The notes under the pieces were generated by a model that saw only the letters and a list, made by a program, of their open reading frames with translations, was not told where the DNA came from and searched no databases. A stretch of 64,000 nt of DNA from Eledone cirrhosa. Taxonomy: Eukaryota. Below are positions 41,184 through 55,690 of this stretch, one piece after another. The first letter of the stretch is position 1. Every line of letters starts with the position of its first letter. The position numbers were made by a program, and so were the translations under genes. The stretch covers positions 337,280,001-337,344,000 of the forward strand of contig OZ024743.1 of the NCBI GenBank assembly GCA_964016885.1, read 5' to 3'.

Positions 41184-42092
41184 TGACAGACGCCGTCTTT
41201 TGAGCATTGTATGCGTCAAAGATACATGACAGTGGAATAACTATTGCGTGTGTGTGTACGTGCGCGCGTGTGTAGAGTTTGTGTGCGTTTGCATGCGTGA
41301 GTGTGTATGTGTGCGTGAGTGATTATAAACTCTTTCACATGGTCTGATGGAATTAACCCTTTAGCCTTTACATTACTCTATATATACTATATTATTTTCA
41401 TGGTAAAGGCTTTATCTCACATAATATAAAAATCTCATAGATTTAATATTATTTATTTTGAGAACAATACCTTAACCCTTTAGTATTAATGTGAGTGAGT
41501 TATAAAGAGAAAGAGTGAGAGTGAAAGAAACAGACAGACTAAAAGAGGGGGATAGCGAGAGAGAGAGGCGCTGGAAGAGGGGAAGGAAAGCTATATGTCT
41601 TGCTGTCTGCATTACGATACATATATATACACACACACCCTGATCGCGTCATAATGACGTAATGCAGACAGCCAGACATACAGACAGATATTATAAAGGC
41701 GCAACGTTATATCTATGTATCTATCTAAAAAGAAAGACTGAGAATTATAGAGAGAGATCGCTAAATCGGCTAATGCGGTCCCTAGGGCATTCAAAATTTG
41801 AAATATTTTTTGCTCAAAACACTCACAGGACCATAAGTATTACATGTGTAAAGTTTGAAAAAACAATCGGTTGGGTGGTTCTCAAGTTTTAGTGAGCTGA
41901 CAGACAGGCATTCTCTGTTTTAGATATATAGATATATATGTAATTATATATTCATGTACAGATATTTTTGCATACACAGTAACAAAATATAAATAAACGT
42001 ATTTATTTCAGGAGGCTCAATAAGGATAAATATATATTAAATATATAAGAACCCTAGAGCAAATCCCGAGTAACCTCGGACCATTCTGCTAG
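40798..42092 (+). mobile_element. Non-autonomous Helitron (composite)
   Basis: TCTATATATATAAAAC start; ccgag-taac-ctcgg hairpin then CTAG|T; an inverted second 5' end at ~41779-41932. Confidence 0.7.
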
Positions 42093-42132
42093 TATAATAT
42101 AAAATTAAAAGATGGTTAAAAGAGTTCCGTGT

Positions 42133-42201
42133 ATTTTATTATGCGCATTTCAAAAACAAATATCATCATGGGATGATATTTGCGTTCTCATCAGATAAAA
42201 T
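42133..42201 (-). ncRNA. Type I hammerhead ribozyme
   Basis: Reverse complement: ATTTTAT-CTGATGA-gaacgCAAATATCATC ccat GATGATATTTGttttt-GAAA-TGCGCA-TA-ATAAAAT. Confidence 0.88.
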
Positions 42202-42857
42202 AGGGAGACATGATATGAAGCTTAAAAAACACTTGCGAGCAGTGAAGTGTCAAATCAACATATGAAAAATAAAATCAGCGGGATATATGAGATTGGAAAA
42301 AAAGGAAAGGAAGGGGGAAAGAAAAGGTAAGGAAGAGGAAGAAAAAATATAGATAGAAGAAAAAAAAAATAATAAGGAAAGGATGACGGAGGAGGAGTAT
42401 AAGAAGGAAGGATGAGAGAGGAGGAGAAAATGAGTGAGAGAAAAAGAGATAACCTTTAATACTGAGAAACACTGTCTCACAGAGAAAAATTAAAAAACCG
42501 TTGTAAGATAATACATAATTAAAAAAAAGAAGAAATTAAAAGTTAATGAGGTTTATGAATGGTGATGTTTATGATTAAAGAAAAAGGAATTAAGAATACT
42601 ATTTATTTAAGGTTTATATATTGAAGGGTTTAATAAGATGTGCGAAAAGGAATTTATTAAAATGTATTATTAAAATAAAATATATTAAGAAGATAAGGTG
42701 AATGAAGATAAGGTTAAATGAATTATGAACTTAGAGGAATTAATTAGGGTCCGAGCTTGTTTCTATGTATTGTAATAGGAAAAAGTAAATAATAGAGTTA
42801 ATACGAGCACGGAAAGAGAGAAGAAAGAAAAAATTCAAGGAGGAAAAAATATATAAC

Positions 42858-43039
42858 TGTTTCTACTTTAGGCACAAGGCCAGCAACTTACTCAGTGTAT
42901 TACTGGTACTTTATTTTATCGAACCCGTAAGGATGAAAGGCAAAGTCAACCTCGGCGAGATTTGAACTCAGATCGTAAAGGGACGTAACTATGCTGGAAA
43001 GCATGGCGTCCGACCCTCTACCGATACTGCCAATCCACC
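42858..43039 (-). mobile_element. tRNA-SINE with 18 bp target-site duplication
   Basis: gaggaaaaaatatataac at 42840-42857 and 43040-43057; B box gagttcaaatc. Confidence 0.85.
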
Positions 43040-43369
43040 GAGGAAAAAATATATAACGTCAATAAAATATGTTTACAACATTTCTCTAATGCTAATATTA
43101 GTATATATTAAAAATAAAAATTTGTATGGCCGAAAATATAAGGAAAATGCGATAGTGAGTTATAAGATGAATTAAGAAGTAATTGAGAAGTAAAAGTTGC
43201 AGATTAAAGATTAGAAATTTAAAAAAAGAAGAAAAATTAAGGGACCGCTAACGACATAGTATGAGTAATATTGTATAATATACTGAAATAAGGTAGAAAG
43301 ATGGGTATACTTGTAAAAAATATAAAAAGGTTTGAAAAAGAGATTTTAAACTAATTAGGTAGTAAGATA

Positions 43370-44554
43370 TTAGCTGTATATTTTATGGAAAGTTCTATGG
43401 GATTTAAAATGAGAGATAATGGTAAATTTCTCCGCTAGGCAGAGATTACATATTCTGGATAGGGAAAAATTAAGGCAAGTAGAGGCGTTGCAAACCTTTC
43501 TCCAAGAAATGTTGTAGTTAATATTTTTGTCCTTTAAGGACAATATGAGTGCTGTGTTAGTTCTTTTAAGTGGGTATCTAAAAGAAGAATTGTGATTATA
43601 AAATCTTGCCTTAAAGGAAGTGAAAGTGGAACCAAAGTAGGTAAAAGAATTAGTACCAGTTATAACCTTACATTCATACACTAATTTTTTATCAAGACAT
43701 TGGTTACTAAGAGGACATTTAGTTCTAATAGGGCAATTGCAATTACGATTAGAGTAATTACCAGAGTTATTAGCAAGTGACCTAGTATTATTTATAGAAG
43801 GAATTGGATTGGAGAAGTTACTTACGATATGTGCTAAAGTTTCCTGATTTATATTGGTATTATGAACATTCGACAAAGTTGCGTTTGACGTCGTATTTAA
43901 ATTTACGGAATCTAGCCTAGAGTTAACATTGACGTCGGGCTTACTATTGTTATTATTATGACGCTCAGTGTTGGATGGATATGATTTATTATTTAATATT
44001 TTAGTATTATGTTTTGAGATAATGTTAGAGATGTTGGAAGTGGTGGAATAAGAGAATTTAATTGTATGCTTATTAAAGATCTTACTATAAATATGTGAAG
44101 GAGGGAAGCATTTATCTAAGGCCCTAAAAAATAGTTTAGGAATATTACTAATAGTAGATAGAGAACAAGGAGCGTTGTACCAAATCATATTTTTATATCT
44201 AGGTCTTTTCTTTATGCTATTGGAATGCTTATAACTAACTATATTACTATCAGTTCCTCCATGATTGGTTTCTTTATTGTATTTAATTTTGTCAGAATAA
44301 CCAGCTCTGGAAAGCGCATTGTTGTAATAATTGGCTCTAGCGTCAAAGCTAAGTTTATTAGAAGATACATTTGAGATTCTTTTTTCACCATTACTGACTA
44401 TAGCATTTTTAACGTTAATAGGGTGGTTAGATTTAAAATTAGCATAATTTAGATTCTCATTTTCTTTATGGTAAGGGTAATATAGGCTGGTGTCAAGATT
44501 AAGGGATATATCCAGGAAGTTAGCTAGTTTGACGTTGTTTTCAAATTCAATTTT
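43370..44554 (-). pseudogene. PLE RT thumb + GIY-YIG endonuclease (truncated)
   Basis: ANFLDISLNL, YYPYHK, SNHP, IWYNAP, CNCPIRTKCPLSNQC, LVYEC..TYFGST..FKARFYNH, CNLCLAE. Confidence 0.88.
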
Positions 44555-44947
44555 GAACGCAAATATCATCCCATGATGATATTTTTTTTGAAATGCGAAT
44601 AATAAAATACATGGAACTCTTTTAACCATCTTTTGATTTTATATTATTTATACTCCAGTCCTATAAACTGTTGAGTGCTACTTATCCGATATTTGCATTG
44701 CTTTATTGTGCTACAATAAAACTCACCTCCTACATTATATATATATATATGTATACAACTATATATATATGTATAATTTCTGGGAATAGAATGATCAATA
44801 TTGACAATTTTTACATCTAAACATCAGCAACAGATGTTTATATTTCAGGAGAATTATTTCACCTGTTAAGTAATTCATACTGAATCAGGATTTTTGCTTT
44901 TGTATATCGCTGTGCTTATGTCTGAACATTGGTGCCTAAAATGTAAA

Positions 44948-45018
<71 letters not shown>

Positions 45019-45146
45019 TGTACGTATGTATAGTATATTTGGCAATATACCTTATGTTTAATTAAAAACATTTTGAAGACTATACGGTATCGGTTTTAAA
45101 GTAGTGATAATGTCACTTATTTCTTTTCGGCGAAAGAAGGGAGAGA

Positions 45147-45187
45147 AGCTAACAGTCTGTTTCACGCTGTTGGCGATCATCAGAGCC
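45147..45187 (-). ncRNA. Minimal type I hammerhead
   Basis: Reverse complement: GGCT-CTGATGA-tCGC caaca GCGt-GAAA-CAG a CTG-TT-AGCT. Confidence 0.75.
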
Positions 45188-45262
45188 ATGCACTCCCCGC
45201 TTTCGTCGAAAATTATAGAAGCTAGATTCTTATAGAATTTCAGTAATAATAATAATAATAAT

Positions 45263-45865
<603 letters not shown>

Positions 45866-45964
45866 ATATATATATATATATTGCTGCTTAAACCATTTTG
45901 TTTGTTTACCCTAGCGTCCCCTTTATTTACGTGTCCCAACGACTTTTTTTAGCCGTTGCTCGCA

Positions 45965-46030
45965 CCAACCTGAGGTATATGGCCTTTAATGCGACGAAAT
46001 GCCTACGACGGTTGGATGGCCACTGATGAG
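45965..46030 (+). ncRNA. Non-circularly permuted hammerhead motif
   Basis: CCAACC-tga-GGTA-TA-TGGCC..C-GAAA-TGCC..GGTTGG-at-GGCCA-CTGATGA-G. Confidence 0.7.
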
Positions 46031-46584
46031 GACAAACTTTTTCATATGTAACCTATTTGCAGCGCCGCAGCTCCATTATTATCATATTTACACATATATT
46101 TTTTCCTCCGCTGCCACCAGTCTGTTTCGTTCTTTGTGTCTTTAGCCTTTCTAGCAGTCTCTTTCTCTGTTAGCCTCTTCCTCACCTTTCACTCACTCAC
46201 TCTCTGTCACTACCTCTCCTCCTCCCCTTTCTTCCCGTTTGACCTGTCCGTAATCCTTTTCTCGCGGGCACTTGGCCAAGCCGGTATGAATTTTTTTCTC
46301 TCTCTCTCGTCTGCGACTTCACAGAACTTATGTTTACCGAATTCGCAGACCAGACCCCTTCTTCCTCCCGTTAGACCTGTGCGAAATTTCTTCCTTGCTC
46401 ACATTTCAACCAGGTTTGATGGTCTTTATTCTCTCGTTCACGATTCCACCGAATTTATATTCATAGAAATCTGGGACTTGTTTCCTTCTTCATCACTTTC
46501 TGCTGCTTAAACCATTTTGTTTGTTTACCCTAGCGTCCCCTTTATTTACGTGTTCCAACGACTTTTTTTTAGCCGTTGCTCGCA

Positions 46585-46650
46585 CCAACCTGAGGTATAT
46601 GGCCTTTAATGCGACGAAATGCCTACGACGGTTGGATGGCCACTGATGAG
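46585..46650 (+). ncRNA. Non-circularly permuted hammerhead motif (second copy)
   Basis: Identical to 45965-46030, offset 620. Confidence 0.7.
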
Positions 46651-46700
46651 GACAAACTTTTTCATATGTAACCCATTTGCAGCACCGCAGCTCCATTATT

Positions 46701-46766
<66 letters not shown>

Positions 46767-46820
46767 ATGATATAGAAATGGCTTCTACAGGACTAGAAAT
46801 GTCTCATTCGGGAGAAATCA

Positions 46821-46909
<89 letters not shown>

Positions 46910-47088
46910 TTGTGTAAAAGGTAAACAGAAATAACAACACGGTACAGTATATGGAAGGAATATATTAGGTTAACGTTTGAAATAGCAGGAAGAAGGCCTT
47001 AACGTTTCGGACGCTGGTGCGAATGAGAAATTAGAAAGATAGAGGGGACGGGCAGGGCGGAATCGGAAAAAATGTTTTTATATATATA

Positions 47089-48278
47089 CTAGCATTAAAG
47101 CCCGGCGTTGCTCGGGGTCATTAAGTTACCAAAGTTAGGTTGCACCACCCATTTTATGGCAGCACTTTTTTGTCTGCCAGGCACTGGGTGAATGAATTGC
47201 AGACCTGGAAGCAGGAGCTGCGCCAGCAGTGACAATTGTAGTTTCGCCTATGGATATTATCTCTGTGCAAATAAGTGTTGAAATTTATTGTTTCACAGTA
47301 CTTGCGCAACACGCGCGTAGACGATGCCAGCCGAACAACAGAGCTGCGATGGAGTTGTTCTGCATGGTTGTCTGTGTGTTTTCTAAATTTAAGACAGTAG
47401 GGAGGGTTGTGATATGAGGGAGAGTTAGCTGTTGTTTCTAGCAGGTTTAGTGACCTCATAGAGGATATGTGTTTTCTAAATTTAAGACAGTAGGGAGTGG
47501 TGTGATATGGAGGAGAGTTAGCTGCTGTTCCTAGCAGGTTTAGTGACCTCATAGAAGATATGTTTTCTAAATTTAAGACAGTAGCGATGGGTGTGATATG
47601 GGGGAGAGTTAGCTACTGTTTCTAGCAGGTGTAGTAACCTCATAGAGGATATGTGTTTTCTAAATTTAAGACAGTAGGGAGGGGTGTGAATGGGGGAGAG
47701 TTAGCTGCTGTTTCTAGCAGGTTTAGTGACCTCATAGAGGATATTATTGTTTATCATTATCTATAAAAGGCAGATTGTTGTTGTTGTTGTTGAAGTCAGT
47801 GTGTGTTTGTATGCGTTTGGAAAAGAGGTTTTAAAAAAGATTTATCGCTTGTTGTTGAATAAATGTATCTGTTGCTTTTGAATAATTGTCGTTTCGTATG
47901 AAATGTAATAATTTGAAGTATAAAAGAGAAAGTAGCAAAATGTGTGAGTGGAAGATAGAGGGAAGCAGATGATATGAGAGAGTAAAACGGACAGTATCAC
48001 CATCAAGCTTGGAAAGAGAAAGTAGCGCAGAAAGTATGAAGTTGTATAGATTTTGAATGGTAGTGGAAAGAGTTTAGCAGTTTAAATGACGGAGAAAAAT
48101 CGTAAAATATTGAGTTTTATCTACTTTTTGCGTAATTGTGGGTGAAATTGAAAAAATGAGATGTGCCAAGACGCAATCGAAACTATTTCGAATACTGAAT
48201 TGTAAATTTCAATTGAAGAAATTCTATATCGTAGATTTCTATAAGAAAGGAGCATGACCACACACCGAGCTTTATAGA
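47089..48278 (-). mobile_element. Non-autonomous Helitron with 4 x ~93 bp internal repeats
   Basis: Reverse complement: A|TCTATAAAGC start and the same cccgagcaacgccggg hairpin + CTAG|T; repeats at 47376-47742. Confidence 0.8.
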
Positions 48279-48303
48279 TTATTATGTATGTATACATACC
48301 AAG

Positions 48304-48343
<40 letters not shown>

Positions 48344-48429
48344 CAAAGTTGCACACAAATGACGAAATACGACGAAAAACAAAAGCATCTATCATCCTAT
48401 TAACCCACCATAAAAATTTCGTTAAATTC

Positions 48430-48576
<147 letters not shown>

Positions 48577-48613
48577 ATATATAAAGAATCAAGTTATGTT
48601 TAAGGCATTAATA

Positions 48614-48658
48614 GCTTAGGATCGTTTCATCCAGATATAGGTCTGGTATCATCGGAGC
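48614..48658 (-). ncRNA. Degenerate hammerhead motif
   Basis: Reverse complement: GCT-CCGATGA-taCCAGA cctata TCTGGat-GAAA-CGATCC-TA-AGC. Confidence 0.5.
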
Positions 48659-48734
48659 ATATAAAAGGTTAAAACAAATATATTCCTAATCATTAGAACA
48701 TTTAGCAGGATACATTATAGGTGAGAAGATTAAT

Positions 48735-48910
48735 AATTGTTTCTACTTTTGGCACAAGGCCAGCAATTATCCCAGTGTATTACTGGTGCTTTATTTTATC
48801 AACCCCGAAAGACAAAGTTAACCTCGGCGGGATTCGAACTCAGACCATAAAGGGCCGTAACTCTTTGCTGAAAAACATGGCGTCAGACCCTCTACCGATG
48901 CTGCCAAGTG
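48735..48910 (-). mobile_element. tRNA-SINE copy
   Basis: Homology to 42858-43039. Confidence 0.75.
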
Positions 48911-49394
48911 TTAATCGGTAGTCGGGTAATATACAATATTACTCTTATCTTATTTATATTTTTATATATAAATATAACTACATAACTTGGTATAATTTCA
49001 CCCACAGTGCAGAAATCTTACAATGAAACGATTCGTTTGGGAAATGAGATCTTTAATATATCTCATATAAAATAATACAGCCAATTATCCACACAATACA
49101 ATATAGTTAGCACTCCAAACGTTTAATTGGGAATATACTCCGGTATTTCCTAATGTTTGTTGAGTGAGTTGGAAATTGGACGGAGTATCGCTATTAGCTT
49201 TCTCCGTTTATGTAATTATGTAAATATAATTATATATATATATAATATATATAATTATATAATATATATAATTATATAATATATATAATTATATATATAT
49301 ATAATATATATATATATATAATATATATATATATATAATATATATATATAATATATATATATATATAATATATATATAATATATATATATATAT

Positions 49395-49440
<46 letters not shown>

Positions 49441-49486
49441 AAAATTATAAAAAATAAACCAAAGAAGCTTTCAATACATCAAAAGT

Positions 49487-49540
49487 CTTTATTAGCCAAC
49501 AATGTTTCGTCCTATTAAGGACTCATCAGGGCAAGTAAAG
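49487..49540 (-). ncRNA. Minimal type I hammerhead
   Basis: Reverse complement: ctttacttGCC-CTGATGA-GTCC ttaata GGAC-GAAA-CATTG-TT-GGCtaataaag. Confidence 0.88.
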
Positions 49541-50648
49541 CTACAAGAAGCACTATCGGCCAATACAAGCCAAAAACTCAGAAGAATATGGAGTATACAT
49601 CTATTAAAGCATAGGAAGGATATCAAGGAAAAGTAGGCTAAGATTAAGAGTGAGCAGTTACAAACATAGATATAGATCAAACAGCAAGGAAGTGATTAAC
49701 ATGTTGAACCCACATTGTAAATATTATATAATGCAAAAACTTGAAACACAAATAGTAATATAATGCGAGAATTATAGTACGATATAAAATATAATATAAT
49801 ATAATAGATGGTGATAATAAAAAGCTGTGTTTGATATTTGATATTAACGTTGTTATATCATATCATTTTTATGTAATCGTATTATAGATTTTAATATATG
49901 TTATTTGAAGTACTGTTCTGTTATATTTTGTAATATTTTGTGATATTTTGGTAATATTTATGCCAATGTAAAACGACTTGACCTCCGTGTATTTGTTGCA
50001 ATGGTATAGATATTTTTTTCAACACAATTTAGTTCTATATGATTTTTTTCTTACCCTGTGTAAAACTTTATACTATTTGTTAACCTTGAATTATATATAT
50101 GATGTAATTTTGTATATCTTTTGATGCCAATATATTATAATATTGTTATTATAATGTTATTATAATGTTTTTATATTGTTTATGCACACTGACAAGGAAT
50201 TATATATTATATTTTATTTTTATTTTTATCTTTATTCTTATTTTTATCTTTATTATATTATACTGTAAACAATATATATATATATATTTAAATACTTAAT
50301 AAGTGTTAGTTTGTGTTTGTACTAATGTATATATGTATAGATATATATATATACATATATTAAGCTTTTTATTATCATCATCTATTATATTATATTATAT
50401 TCTATATCGTACTGTAATTCTCGCATTATATTACCATTTGTGTTTAAAGTTTTTGCATTATACAATATTTACAATGTGGGTTCAACATGTTAATCACTTC
50501 CTTGCTGTTTGGTCTATATCTATGTTTGTAACTACTCACTCTTAATCTTAGCCTACTTTTCCTTGATATCCTTCTTAGGCTTTAATAGATGTATACTCCA
50601 TATTCTTCTGAGTTTTTGGCTTGTATTGGCGGATAGTGCTTCTTGTAG

Positions 50649-50702
50649 CTTTACTTGCCCTGACGAGTCCTTAATAGGACGAAACATTGTTGGCTAATAA
50701 AG
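50649..50702 (+). ncRNA. Minimal type I hammerhead
   Basis: The same motif with a CTGACGA core (N7 change only). Confidence 0.88.
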
Positions 50703-50879
50703 ACTTTTGATGTATTGAAGGCTTCTTTGGTTTATTTTTATAATTCTTCGGCTCTGTTTAATTACATTGAGCTATATCTTATAGTGTCATTTCTATAATA
50801 TGAAGAGGGTGTTTAACTCCAACACACTCTAGTATTTTAATTCTTTTTTAATTCTTATATATATATATATATATATATA

Positions 50880-51024
50880 ATTAGAGCCGTGGCCCGACGG
50901 CTGACCTCTTACCACTTCATCAGCTAGTCGAGCCCTGACCCTTTCTAATATAATACTCTCTACTATCCCAAGTATCGAGTACTCTATTGAATAATGGTCT
51001 AACTAGTTTAAAACTGCTTCAATC

Positions 51025-51028
<4 letters not shown>
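50880..51028 (+). mobile_element. Diverged relative of family B (3' tail fragment)
   Basis: actctctactatcccaagtatcgagtact..ataatggtc resembles the family B tail; (TA)n on both sides. Confidence 0.5.
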
Positions 51029-51102
<74 letters not shown>

Positions 51103-51534
51103 CATACATACATACATACATACATACATACATACATACATAATGTATGTATGTATGTGTGTGAGTGTGTGTTTGTTTGTCTGTCTGTTTGTATGCGTGT
51201 AAAAGTATGTATGCATACGTGTTACATATTCTTATTTGCTGTTGCTGTTTTTTTTTAAATCGTCAAATAAACATTTCGTCTGTCTATGGAACGCCATTAA
51301 AAGGATAATCAATATATAGGTTGCTCACCCAATCTATTATCCACTTCAATCCCAGGTAGACGGCGTCAATGCTAAGTATTATTTTTATTCTTTTGTTCGT
51401 TTCCAGTCATTACAATGTTTTAAACTCATACTTTATGTTATTCAACATAGTTCAATTAAAGTATATAGTGATTGAAAGTAAGGAGAACGAGCGGCAGAGT
51501 GTACACCGTAGTCTGGATTGTATATCTTAGCTGT

Positions 51535-51790
51535 GCCCCGCAGATAAAATGGTAAAAAAATTATTGTCGGTGAGAACAGCCAGCGATAAATGCTACATCA
51601 GCCACTCCACCTCACAGAGATCTCAGGCGCGATACATTTCTTCCAATTTCATGGACGAAAATGGCTTTTCGGGGACCGAAGTACCAGAGTTCCCGACGGT
51701 GATCAGCTCGAAAAGGAAGCGGTTGGTCAAATCCCAGTATTTGACTATTTTCTTCTCTTCCGCGTTACGGACTGCAGCCCCAAACGTCTA
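51535..51790 (-). pseudogene. CRE-like non-LTR retrotransposon endonuclease C-terminal remnant
   Basis: GAAVRNAEEKKIVKYWDL..FLFELITVGNSG / GPRKAIFVHEIGR / EVEWLM*HLSLAV, with frameshifts. Confidence 0.65.
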
Positions 51791-52199
51791 CACAGACACG
51801 GCCACACACATGGACACACCGACACCTACACACAAACGCATACACTTACAATCACACTAACACACACACACACAGACACACATACTCACATATATACACA
51901 CACACACACACATACACTCATACACACACACACACCGACACCTACACACAAACGCACACACTAACAATTACACTAACACACACATACACGCATATACACA
52001 CCGACACCTATACACAAACGCACACACTAACAATCACACTAACACACACACACACACATACACACATATACACACCGACACCTACACATAAACGCATACA
52101 CTTACAATCACACTAACACACAAAGATACACATACACACACACAAATACACACACACACACACACACACACCGTCACCCATACACAAACGCACACACTA

Positions 52200-52274
<75 letters not shown>

Positions 52275-52288
52275 CACACATATATATG

Positions 52289-52328
<40 letters not shown>

Positions 52329-52329
52329 A

Positions 52330-52620
52330 GCTCATGTGTTCAATTCTCGGTGGCGTATTGTTTCCTTGAGCAAGATACTTTACTTCACGTTTTTCCAATC
52401 AATTCAGCCGGCAAAAATGAGTTGTACCTGTATATCTGTAATTCAAAATGTCAACCTTGTCACGCACTCACGCACTACGATATGCTGAATCTCCCTGAGA
52501 ACTACGTTAAGTGTACATGTGTCTGCAGAAGGCTCAGTCACTTGCATATTCCTATCATGTACGAGTTGTTTCGCCAAACGAACAGCTGGAACACTCATCG
52601 TCGAAACTGACTGGAGTCCA
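52330..52620 (+). mobile_element. Truncated SINE (ccttgagcaag block)
   Basis: gttcaattctc B-box-like sequence and ttccttgagcaagatactttacttcacg. Confidence 0.6.
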
Positions 52621-52847
52621 ATATGTATGTATAATTTCTGTGTATATTACTTTATTGTGTGTCTACAAATGTATTTAGGCAAGGATATTTGATGATTAGT
52701 TGAATGTTCGATCTTTTCTGTGGATAAGTAAATCACGTGATTACAAAGATAAAAGAAGAAAAAATTCGAAAACAATGAAAGCAAACAACAAAAATCTCAT
52801 GAACAATGAAAACACAATATTATATATATATATATATTATATATACA

Positions 52848-53356
<509 letters not shown>

Positions 53357-53357
53357 G

Positions 53358-53387
<30 letters not shown>

Positions 53388-53389
<2 letters not shown>

Positions 53390-53782
53390 TAAGAGTTAAA
53401 CAAGATTCAATGAATATATCAAAGAATGAGTTTTACAATAGATTGAAAGCACTCTACAGTAAATATTTTCCAGAGTTATTAATATTAATTCCATAACTGT
53501 TATATTGATGCCATGTATTTCTTAAAATATATTACTCACACTCTCTCTATTGATTGTATTACGTTTTATCATGTTCGCAATATTAGGGTATAAATATTGA
53601 GTTTATTCATAAGGTAAACACTACCTTGATTAAATCATAACCATCTACTATGTTAGGGTATGTCATGTATCATTTTATTTTATCTAATGAGGACGCACTG
53701 TTGAACTTATTTCAGTACCTCTGAAATATGTATAATAAAATATAATTGATCACAAAAATATCTATTTTGTTAATATTTGGAA

Positions 53783-53791
<9 letters not shown>
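53388..53791. mobile_element. PLE-type end (family D): inverted tail plus HHR-bearing arm
   Basis: taatattaattcca (53480-53493) is inverted against tggaattaatatta (53778-53791). Confidence 0.65.
53676..53742 (+). ncRNA. Degenerate type I hammerhead (G5A)
   Basis: TATTTTAT-CTAATGA-..actg/cagt..-GAAA-TATGTA-TA-ATAAAATA. Confidence 0.6.
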
Positions 53792-53839
<48 letters not shown>

Positions 53840-53843
<4 letters not shown>

Positions 53844-54020
53844 AACAAGTATGACCCCGACGGCAGAGGTCAAGCCGTTTCGACGGCTATTTCTGGACTA
53901 GCCGTCGAAACGGCTTGAGCTCTGCCGTCGGGGTTACACTTGTTCCTATTACCCACTCTACTACCCTAAGTATACTTTGGTGCGTTATGGTCCATCTGGT
54001 TCCTTACCACAATTCCTTCG

Positions 54021-54023
<3 letters not shown>
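53840..54023 (+). mobile_element. Family B fold-back copy
   Basis: 53840-53889 is inverted against 53899-53948, followed by the tail. Confidence 0.8.
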
Positions 54024-54076
<53 letters not shown>

Positions 54077-54103
54077 ATTTATACATATATGTGTGTATAT
54101 ATA

Positions 54104-54178
<75 letters not shown>

Positions 54179-54855
54179 ATAATTACAACAGTGACATACA
54201 CAGGTACTTAAGTTTCATTGGGTTCCGGAACCCAACTCATTCAGCTTGTCATAAAAATAAAATAAAATGAAATAATGTAAATATGTATATATATTTAATT
54301 TTACACACACATACATACCCCACCCACACACATACACTCCCACCCCACCCACACACATACATACCCCACCCACACACATACACCCCCACCCATTCACCCT
54401 CATATGCCCCCACCCACACACATACACCCCCACCATATATATATATATTCAGCCGTCAACCACATGCGGATATATGAATGTATGTATATATATATATGCA
54501 TGTATGTGTGCGTGTGTATGCATGTGTGTGTGTGTGTATGCATGTATGTGTGTGTGTATGTATGCATATATGTATGTGTGTGTATGTATGTGTGTATGTA
54601 TGTATGTATGCATATATGTATGTGTGTATGCATGTATGTATGCATATATGTATGTGTGTATACATGAAAGTTTCTTATTGATCGTAAGATTCAATAAGTA
54701 AATTCAGTTGGTTTCTAGGAATCCATTTGAACGCAACTACAAAGTACGATGGAGTATAAAACTAACCAATACACGAATAGATGTAAATACATTGGACTGA
54801 TTCTACTGTTATTGTTCAACATTCCTTCGGGTGAGTAAATTACGGGTGTATATTA

Positions 54856-55690
54856 CACTGTGTAACACGATTTTTGTCCTTGGGTAGCAACTATTATTTT
54901 CTATCTGCTTATGCCTAGAAAATATGGAAAATGGCTAATATTTCCTTAAAACTTTGCTTTTATGACCATGATAATGATATTTCTAGATTTACCTAATCCC
55001 ATTAAGAAAACTGCCAAATGTGAACATTCTCGTTCAAACAAAGTTGGAATAAAATGGCATATGATTCAAAAAGTAGAATTTATTTATGCTAGGATTATAC
55101 AAAAAACTTAGAAGTAAGTGGGTTTTCGGGATTTACTCTTAAGCTGCAAATTGCTTTCACAAATCCTCCCCCATATATAGTCTTTCATCATGTTTTCATT
55201 ATATGATCCTTGGTAGCGACGTTCAAAACCAAGTATATCCTGATGGAAGTGCTCGTCTTGCTCTTCAGAGTATGCTCCCATGTTCCCCTTGAATTTATCA
55301 AAATAAGCGTCAAGGATATGTACTTTGAAGGACATCCTGCAACTTATTTTGCCGAAGTTATTCACCGGGGTTTCAACAAGCTCCACATAATTTTCGACCG
55401 TGTGATTCCGCAGGAAGTCCGGAACCACTGGAACAAAGCTGTTTCAACTCAGCCCCCTCTGTCTTAGTGAGCTTCTTAGGGAATTCCTTGCACTCCATGA
55501 TCTTCCTTACTTGGGGACCGACGAAGACACCGGCTTTCACTTTTTTCTTAGACAGCTAAGGGAAGGAGTTTCGAAGGTACTTGAAGGCTGCTGACTCTTT
55601 ATCTAGAGCTGTGATAAACTGTTTCATAAGGCCCAATTTTAAGTGAAATGATGGGAACAGTATCTTCCGGGGATCAACCAGTGACTGGCA
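54856..55690 (-). pseudogene. Decayed DNA transposon, Chapaev-like transposase C-terminus
   Basis: HLKLGLMKQFITALDK..GVFVGPQVRK..MSFKVHIL..GAYSEEQDEHFHQDI..ERRYQG..DYIW; CACTG terminus at 54856. The family name is from memory of the motifs. Confidence 0.65.

Larger units (their letters stand above)
42093..44736 (-). mobile_element. Hydra-like PLE (family A), 5'-truncated, with short inverted tailed arm 44555-44736
   Basis: ORF remnant, UTR and HHR; the inverted piece matches 42095-42187 plus the tail homologous to 2054-2142. Confidence 0.88.
45881..46705 (+). mobile_element. Retrozyme-like element (620 bp unit, ~1.33 copies) with permuted HHR
   Basis: Direct repeat 45882-46086 / 46501-46706; (TA)n flanks. 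Confidence 0.8.
49443..50857. mobile_element. Palindromic PLE-type 3' UTR insertion (family F)
   Basis: 49443-49825 is inverted against 50362-50745; tail 50746-50857 is on the + arm only; (TA)n flanks. Confidence 0.85.

Noticed and set aside
51549-51860. + strand ORF as a host exon
   Set aside because: The minus strand matches the CRE-like endonuclease C-terminus better.
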